This document shows, piece after piece, positions 58,901 to 64,000 of a DNA stretch of 64,000 bases. Made by a program: the position numbers and the translations under genes. The DNA lies in contig CAZCCD010000001.1 in the NCBI GenBank assembly GCA_964497435.1, positions 87,009-151,008 on the forward strand. Reading direction: 5' to 3'. This stretch comes from Candidatus Woesearchaeota archaeon. Its GTDB lineage: Archaea > Nanobdellota > Nanobdellia > Pacearchaeales > GW2011-AR1. Positions within the stretch are counted from its first letter, which is position 1. Every line of letters begins with the position of its first letter. The notes below the pieces were generated by a model that had not been told where the DNA came from, made no database searches, and saw only the letters and a list, made by a program, of their open reading frames with translations.

Positions 58901-59317
58901 CAAACATTTGTTTATCTAGAACTAAAGGCAATGGTAATTACTTCTCCGATAGGAGCATTAAACTGGCCAATACTTAATCCAGGAGCAACTAATTTACTTT
59001 CTACAAATCATCCAAATGTTATTGAAAATACAGGAAACTATGAAGGGCCTTTATTAATTACTGCCAGTGATTTAGTTGGAGAAACAAACCCTAGTGAAAC
59101 AATTCCGGCCATTAATTTCAGGGCAGGACCTAGTTCAGGCTCTGAATGCACTGCAACACAGCTGCAAAATGGAGTTTCGGTTTCTATTGCTGGTTCTAAT
59201 TTACCAAGAGGACCAGGAGCAACAGAAGAAATTTATTACTGTTTAAATAGCGTACCATTTGTATCATCTCAGACATATTCAGCAGTAGGAGCAAATAGTT
59301 GGACAATTGGGATATAA
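55928..59317 (+). CDS. Large membrane-anchored surface protein
   Basis: Basic N-terminal YKRYI...GPYYYES...YIG segment, TM helix, beta-rich domains; C-terminal domain paralogous to 59559-60464. Confidence 0.75.
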   Translation: MVYKRYIRRRVNGKLKLFGPYYYESKKVDGKVISTYIGPSEKENLIILKLRTRPKIFFLSVSIIALIIILFFVIKLFPTGKISSEIPNTYFEGEVLSGNINLILKNGELIPANTKLIIDNAGEISEYSLRELLPIEVTIDNFYVEDKEIIGSGEGYGIAGENPDISPSKGFGKEYLTGNQFNLPIDLSNLNIVARQGILRVSFVYNDIEITSATQEIEIKKQISKTGITGTVPGEKVNESNITIPINEPVIETGHGEVIVNQPVKWTKKITLENKGNVRVEIPGQAENIVVYKISEDEKKEKVSDQKIKITAKASAEIILDKNGESLIKRFFKKIINFITGKVVTVQETRGVKEVFVDENEKQYEIEYEIPGPYKTEQLTEKGKIIEVLSQDINYESVLVSTELDESLNVKNPSSIRIHWQEQDVLIKPEKVEDKDSNGIYDYLEFIAPYSNQIFEVIVITKAEHLDSNRNFISDIYEEVKELDDIFSEEIKNNEYVRVTFEQNLMNENDITLFPKIASGDPRIEVYEEDSDLLITEFSNLIDNEYNKVLLTNLQGEQDTFDLKIVGGSLFFDHVVDPLVNLFYDTFTDTTGTLLTSHAPDIGTSWTQVWTSGGNLDIEFNQLQHTGTINDGGIGIANPTPTSSNYTVSVLYAVADNQDDTSTLVLRWINENNFYSFRWSTTASQSLINKRVSGTCTVINSTCPSPSQGQTVRFEVIGSQLSVYYNNILACSVIDTSLTLAGAGGTGVGATPCDTNNDVSSQRLDNFNMTEIVADTTPPIISNPNINDTEINQNEYFCLNATATDVSGINSVLAEVWNTTNFVNYTMSDTGNSCSGVGGDDVYGVSIQGIALGLWNYNKVYANDTLGNLNAFDFSDLTINVIGLNQPPTVNYVQSIPSQIPLEGTTRTVVFETKVSDPNGVGDINNSKVRVNFSMPGEQTRYGNCLWSSDINSMTANYSCSVNMLYYDASGTWNVSINATDLSGALAVNNTQTFVYLELKAMVITSPIGALNWPILNPGATNLLSTNHPNVIENTGNYEGPLLITASDLVGETNPSETIPAINFRAGPSSGSECTATQLQNGVSVSIAGSNLPRGPGATEEIYYCLNSVPFVSSQTYSAVGANSWTIGI

Positions 59318-59558
59318 ATTTTGTTTTGATTTAATATAAATTAGTCTCGCTATTGCTCGAGATTGGCTTGAGTTAACCTCTAAAAAATACTTTTATATTA
59401 ATTATTTCTATAAATTAACAAGTGAGCTTGCGAACAAGTGTTTGCACGAAGCAAATTTAATAATTAACAACTGAGTGCGGACACGGAGTTAAATATTAAT
59501 AATATTAACAATTCAGAGAACACAAAAATTTAAAAACATAAAATCCCATAATATTAAA

Positions 59559-60464
59559 ATGAAAAAAATAGGGGTGTTTTTTATAATCTTGTTATTAGGA
59601 GTTTCTATGATCTCGGCAAGCTTTTTTGATATATTTAAAGAAACTGGAAAAGCATCTTCTGGTTCTCAAGGAGTATCTGTAGTTGTTGCTGGAACTAATG
59701 CTCCAACAATTGACCAACCAAGTGCCTCAATAGCAAATCAAAATCCCACAGAGAGTGGAATCACTGTTGTAAATTTTCAAGTTGTGGTAACTGATCTTGA
59801 TGGAGTTGCAAATATTGATGATACGAGCTTAATTGCAAGAGTTTCTCGAGGAGCAACAACAAGGACAGCAACATGCATAAACCCAACAAACATTGATGCT
59901 GATACAAGAAGTTATGACTGCACAATTAACATGCAGTATTTTGATGAGGCAGGGGCATGGGATTTTTATGCTGAAATACAAGATCAAGAAAACAATTTAG
60001 GAACAAGAACAATTCTTGGTTATTTTACTTACACTCTTTTAATGGCTATGCAAGTTCCATTATCTCCTCCTACATTGAATTGGCCGTCACTTACTCCAGG
60101 AGCAACAAATGTTTTATCTAACAATGATCCGACTGTTGTAACTAATACAGGAAATTATGCAGGGAATATCTGGGTAACTGCCTATAACTTAGAAGGAGAG
60201 ACTACTCCAGGAGAATTTATTCTTGCGACTTCTTTTAGTGTTGATTCATTAACAGGAGGAGTTCCTCCATCAGAATGCAATGTTGGAGTTACAGCAATTG
60301 CCTTGGGTCCTGAAGCAACAGCAGTAGATACAGGAGTCAATGCAAATAGAGGAGGCTCTGCAAATGTCTACTATTGTATAACCTCTGTTCCTTTTGTGCC
60401 ATCTCAAACATACTCAACATCAATAAGGGGCCCGGCATTTAGTTGGGTAGTCTCTTATGTATAA
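59559..60464 (+). CDS. Secreted beta-rich protein
   Basis: Signal peptide; shares LNWP.L.PGATN.LS.N, NTGNY.G and YYC..SVPFV.SQTYS with the upstream gene. Confidence 0.75.
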   Translation: MKKIGVFFIILLLGVSMISASFFDIFKETGKASSGSQGVSVVVAGTNAPTIDQPSASIANQNPTESGITVVNFQVVVTDLDGVANIDDTSLIARVSRGATTRTATCINPTNIDADTRSYDCTINMQYFDEAGAWDFYAEIQDQENNLGTRTILGYFTYTLLMAMQVPLSPPTLNWPSLTPGATNVLSNNDPTVVTNTGNYAGNIWVTAYNLEGETTPGEFILATSFSVDSLTGGVPPSECNVGVTAIALGPEATAVDTGVNANRGGSANVYYCITSVPFVPSQTYSTSIRGPAFSWVVSYV

Positions 60465-60469
60465 TAAAA

Positions 60470-60678
60470 TGAATCACCCCGCGCTGAAGCGCGAGGTATC
60501 AAAGAACAAAACAAAATGTTAATGCAAAAAACACGGGTTAATCAAATAATTGCAGATAGTCATAATAGTAGACTGGACTATGAGTATAATCATAATTTTA
60601 CATATTATCATTTATCAAAACTAAATTTTAAGGATGGCGATTCCTCACCAAGTTTGAAAACTTGGGTATCCTCGCCGT
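60470..60678. mobile_element. Non-autonomous IS200/IS605-like element (two subterminal hairpins, no transposase)
   Basis: tcacccc-gcgc-TGAA-gcgc-gaggtatc and ggcgattcctca-ccaagtt-TGAA-aacttgg-gtatcctcgcc. Confidence 0.6.
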
Positions 60679-60685
60679 GGATGTA

Positions 60686-61210
60686 ATGAAAAACAAAATA
60701 AAATTAATTTTTGGAATGATTTTTGTACTCTTAATTTTCATTAATTTTGTAAATTCTGCAGGAATTGTTTCGCCTTATTGGAGAGACTATCCTCTTAGAA
60801 TGACCCAAGGAGAAACAAAGATTGTTAATTTTAATTTACAAAATCTTGTAGGTAATCAAGATGTAACTGTTGAGGTTAAACTTAAACAAGGCTCAGAAAT
60901 TGCCACCCTAGAAAAAACAACCTATACTGCAAAGGCAGGGACATCTGATACAATGATACCATTAAAAATATCCATCCCAAATAATTATAACAAACAAGTT
61001 CAAAGAATTGAGTTAGAAGTAAAAACAGTTAATTCTGAAACTGAAGGCATGATTGTTCTTGGAAGCGGATGGACTGCTTCTTTTGATGTTATTGTTTCTG
61101 AAAAAGAGATAGAAAAAAGAACACTAGCTTGGATAATAGTGCTGTTGATTTTAGTAATAGTTGTGATGGCATTGATAATTTATATATTATTAAATAGAAA
61201 AAGAAGATAA
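60686..61210 (+). CDS. Secreted Ig-like protein with C-terminal TM anchor
   Basis: Signal peptide from ATG 60686; C-terminal hydrophobic helix then RKRR. Confidence 0.72.
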   Translation: MKNKIKLIFGMIFVLLIFINFVNSAGIVSPYWRDYPLRMTQGETKIVNFNLQNLVGNQDVTVEVKLKQGSEIATLEKTTYTAKAGTSDTMIPLKISIPNNYNKQVQRIELEVKTVNSETEGMIVLGSGWTASFDVIVSEKEIEKRTLAWIIVLLILVIVVMALIIYILLNRKRR

Positions 61211-61248
61211 TCAATAAATTTTATATAGCTCTTTTAACAATTATATTT

Positions 61249-62481
61249 ATGAAAAAAAATACTTTCTTAATTTTTATTCTTTTAGTAATCTTATACTTAA
61301 TTATAAAAATAATAAGTGGAAGTGTTACAGGCCAGGCTCTTCAATCTCAAACAAATGTTTCTATTTTTGTTGAGCCATCAATCCCTATTATTAGAATATA
61401 TAATCCTCAAAGCCAGAATTATCAATCTCCTGTATTGCTTAATTATTCAATAAGAAACAACTTTAGTTCTGCATGGTATAACATAGATAATTTAAATAAT
61501 ATCTCTTTACCAAATTTGTCAGATAATTCGTTAACATTCAGCACTTCTGAAGGAACACATATTCTCTATTTATACGCAAATAATACATTTGGAACAAGCA
61601 TGGCTAATGTAACTTTCATAATTTCTAGCCAATCACCTTCTGATGGAGGTAGTTCTAGTGGAGGAGGTGGAAGTGGCGGTTCAGGAGGTGGCGGAGCTCC
61701 ATTGCTTTTTCAAGTTGATAAAACCTTGATTGAATCATCGGTATTTCAAGGAGAGAATAAATTAGAAATAATTAACATAAAAAATATTGGCAGCCAGTCT
61801 TTAGAAATAACATTTGACTTAGTAGACTTAGATACATTTGTAATTATTGGAGATGATAAATTCTACTTAAAACCAGGTGAATCAAAAGATGTCAATGTGA
61901 ATGTTTTTGCATTGGAGAATGCTCCTCCAGGAATCTATGTCGGAAAAATCCTTGTTAAATCTGGGTTTTTTTATAAAATTGTTAATGTGATAATAGAAGT
62001 AAATGAAAGAGAAACTTTGTTTGACCTTCAGATAGAAATCCCTGAAGCTTACAAGATAGTTTTGCCGGGAAAGAAAATTTTAACTACGATAAAGATGATA
62101 AATCTTGGTTTTACTGGAAACCCTGTAGATGTTGATCTTTCACTTTCGATAAGAGATTTGGATAATAATCTTATTTCTACTCTATCAAAAGAAGTCATTG
62201 CAGTAGACAGGAGCCTTTCAATAATCAGAGAATTAAACATTCCAGGAGACATAAATGAAGAAACATATTTAATTGTAGGTGAATTAAAATATGGAGATAT
62301 AACTGCGTCCTCTTACGATACTTTTGAAATAAAAGAAAAAAAATTTCCTTTATTTTGGTGGCTTTTTTTCTTATTTATTGTTATTATTTTAATAGTATAT
62401 TTATCATACAAATTAAAAAAACAAATAAAAAGAGACATTATACCTTATATAAGCCCATTTAGAAAAAAGAAGAAAAAATAA
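61249..62481 (+). CDS. Surface protein with Ser/Gly linker and C-terminal TM; C-terminal half paralogous to 33516-34874
   Basis: GGGG linker, F..DK...QG, Y.GK, LFD..IE...YK.VLPG.KIL shared. Confidence 0.75.
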   Translation: MKKNTFLIFILLVILYLIIKIISGSVTGQALQSQTNVSIFVEPSIPIIRIYNPQSQNYQSPVLLNYSIRNNFSSAWYNIDNLNNISLPNLSDNSLTFSTSEGTHILYLYANNTFGTSMANVTFIISSQSPSDGGSSSGGGGSGGSGGGGAPLLFQVDKTLIESSVFQGENKLEIINIKNIGSQSLEITFDLVDLDTFVIIGDDKFYLKPGESKDVNVNVFALENAPPGIYVGKILVKSGFFYKIVNVIIEVNERETLFDLQIEIPEAYKIVLPGKKILTTIKMINLGFTGNPVDVDLSLSIRDLDNNLISTLSKEVIAVDRSLSIIRELNIPGDINEETYLIVGELKYGDITASSYDTFEIKEKKFPLFWWLFFLFIVIILIVYLSYKLKKQIKRDIIPYISPFRKKKKK

Positions 62482-62492
62482 AAAAATAAATT

Positions 62493-62858
62493 TTAAGTTT
62501 TCTTTAAACATAATTTATCAGGCCCGTGAATAAATATAGAAATCAAAACTATCAACAATCCAAAGTCCCTAATAGCAACATCATTATACCCTAAAGAAAT
62601 TATGATTCCTATTAAATGTAGCGAACTAATTAAAGCCACTACTCTTACAAATAATCCTAACAATAAAAGCGCTCCAATAACTAAATCAAATACACCATTA
62701 GCATAAATTAAATTTGCCGGAGAAATTCCTATGTTTAAAATATATCCAGGAAGATAACCAAGCCAGTTTTCAGGATTAATGAGCTGGCTTATTCCAAATA
62801 TAAAAAATACGATTCCAACACCATATCTTGCAATTGCAGGAGCGTATTCTTTTTTCAT
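62493..62858 (-). CDS. DoxX-family membrane protein
   Basis: RYGVGIVF..FG..QL; G..DLVIG..LLLG; RDFGL. Confidence 0.8.
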   Translation of the reverse strand: MKKEYAPAIARYGVGIVFFIFGISQLINPENWLGYLPGYILNIGISPANLIYANGVFDLVIGALLLLGLFVRVVALISSLHLIGIIISLGYNDVAIRDFGLLIVLISIFIHGPDKLCLKKT

Positions 62859-62906
62859 ATTAAATTGATAAAAATATTATTGTATTTAAATTATTCTTTA
62901 TTTTAA

Positions 62907-63022
62907 AGGAGATGTCATAAGAAGAACCGTAGACTCTCTAAAGGGAGATGTCATAAGAACTTTTCGGTTGCTGGATGCATAGAAACCCGCTGGAGGTTTC
63001 AATTCCGTAGGTTCTTTTTATT
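62907..63022 (+). repeat. Two internally shortened copies of the hairpin element
   Basis: 62907-62932 outer shell only (ggagatgtcataagaa-gaa-ccgtag); 62943-63022 lacks the ~45-bp inner layer. Confidence 0.88.
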
Positions 63023-63182
63023 ATTGCACAATCAAAGTTCCTTTCATATTACTATGTCCTGTTCCACATTGCACACTACAGAAAAATGTGAATTCCCCTT
63101 TTCTATCGGCAATAAATTCAACATTAACTGTTTCTCTAGGATCTAAACTTTCGCTTACTTCAAAACCAGGCAAAGCAAATCC
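63021..63182 (-). pseudogene. 5'-truncated CuA-type cupredoxin remnant
   Basis: Manual translation GFALPGFEVSESLDPRETVNVEFIADRKGEFTFFCSVQCGTGHSNMKGTLIVQ*; in-frame stop upstream, no start. Confidence 0.72.
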
Positions 63183-63319
63183 AGTTGTTAGGATTCATCA
63201 AAGATTAAATAGTAGCGTAAATAAAACCAATTTTCAAACCAAATTGAATTTAGTTTGTTATATGCTTTGTATAAATTTCTAAGTAAAAAATCTCTTTTTA
63301 TTAATATAACCATTACTTT

Positions 63320-63835
63320 TTAACTAACAATAATAGTTCCAGTTGAACCGACCTTTAAATGGTCGTGATATCTCCATGTTCCAACTTGATTAAAGGTAAA
63401 ACTATAACTCTCTCCTGGATTGATTCCTCGACAAGCATCAAAAATATTTGCTTCTTCAGAAGTTCCACATTTATCAATATCAGAACCAGGATAGACTTTA
63501 TGAGTTGGATGGACCGCTGAAGCAGGCCAAATGTTTGAAGTGCCAACATTAGTGAAAGTAACTATCTCTCCAGCACTTATAGTGAGTGTGTTTGGACTAA
63601 AACCAGAGGAACTCATTTCAATAATATTCGCTGTTGTGTCTGTTTCACCACCCCCGGTTTGAGTGTTATCAGGCTGATTTTCCTGATCAGAATCAGTTGT
63701 TCCAGGGCTAGATGTTCCAACAGTAGAAACACTTGCTTTTTTTTCTGTGTCAGATCCAGAGCCACTAAAAATTAAAATTGCTAATACAACTGCAAGGATT
63801 ACAACAGTTGTACTAATAACAGCAACTTTTTTCAT
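63320..63835 (-). CDS. Membrane-anchored cupredoxin/plastocyanin-like protein
   Basis: GFSP.TLTI.AG..VTF.N; HPTH; PGESYSFTF...G.W.YHDHL. Confidence 0.8.
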   Translation of the reverse strand: MKKVAVISTTVVILAVVLAILIFSGSGSDTEKKASVSTVGTSSPGTTDSDQENQPDNTQTGGGETDTTANIIEMSSSGFSPNTLTISAGEIVTFTNVGTSNIWPASAVHPTHKVYPGSDIDKCGTSEEANIFDACRGINPGESYSFTFNQVGTWRYHDHLKVGSTGTIIVS

Positions 63836-63930
63836 TTGAATTTAAAAAATCCAGTCTTTATATATTTTATTATTAATTTTTTATCTTCAGTTTTTTTCTT
63901 TAAACCGGACAAGCTTGGACGATTTCTTAA

Positions 63931-63999
63931 TCATGTCTTTATTTTTAACTTCTTTCTTAATGCTTCTTCATCAAAACCCACAATAATATCTCCATCAAT
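63931..63999 (-). CDS. 3' end of glutaredoxin-like (NrdH-type) protein (partial)
   Basis: IDGDIIVGFDEEALRKKLKIKT*. Confidence 0.65.
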   Translation of the reverse strand: MDGDIIVGFDEEALRKKLKIKT

Positions 64000-64000
64000 G

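Noticed and set aside
54433..63022. Integron attC sites
   Set aside because: The outer stem has AAC/GTT and a variable centre, but the flanks do not fit RYYYAAC/GTTRRRY, the copies do not delimit single co-oriented cassettes, and no integrase is in the window.

Overview
Low-GC archaeal genomic window, most likely from a DPANN lineage (Pacearchaeota/Woesearchaeota-like). This is inferred from aIF2-gamma, an archaeal D-aminoacyl-tRNA deacylase, TATA/BRE-like promoters and the surface-protein families. Housekeeping genes include aIF2-gamma, dtdA, gyrA and gyrB (each with a large intein), rpe, rpiB and a PyrE-like PRTase. They are interleaved with four toxin-antitoxin-like pairs and many secreted proteins. 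Two candidate systems stand out. (1) A cellulosome-like set: an 1800-aa protein with two cohesin-like domains next to dockerin-tagged beta-helix, lyase-like and GH123-like proteins, plus dockerin-tagged metallopeptidases with a second dockerin type. The carbohydrate-active genes share near-identical promoter, signal-peptide and dockerin modules around divergent cores. (2) A tight operon of two class II aminoacyl-tRNA synthetase paralogs, a SAM methyltransferase and an RlmN/Cfr-like radical SAM enzyme, facing a convergent MccF-like peptidase, which suggests aminoacyl-adenylate-type chemistry with self-immunity. Also present: a nested dispersed hairpin repeat family, an IS200/IS605-like non-autonomous element, a GGEEF diguanylate cyclase, a frameshifted HEPN gene and gene remnants. 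No rRNA, tRNA, CRISPR array or reverse transcriptase was seen. All assignments come from motif recognition by eye, with no database searches.
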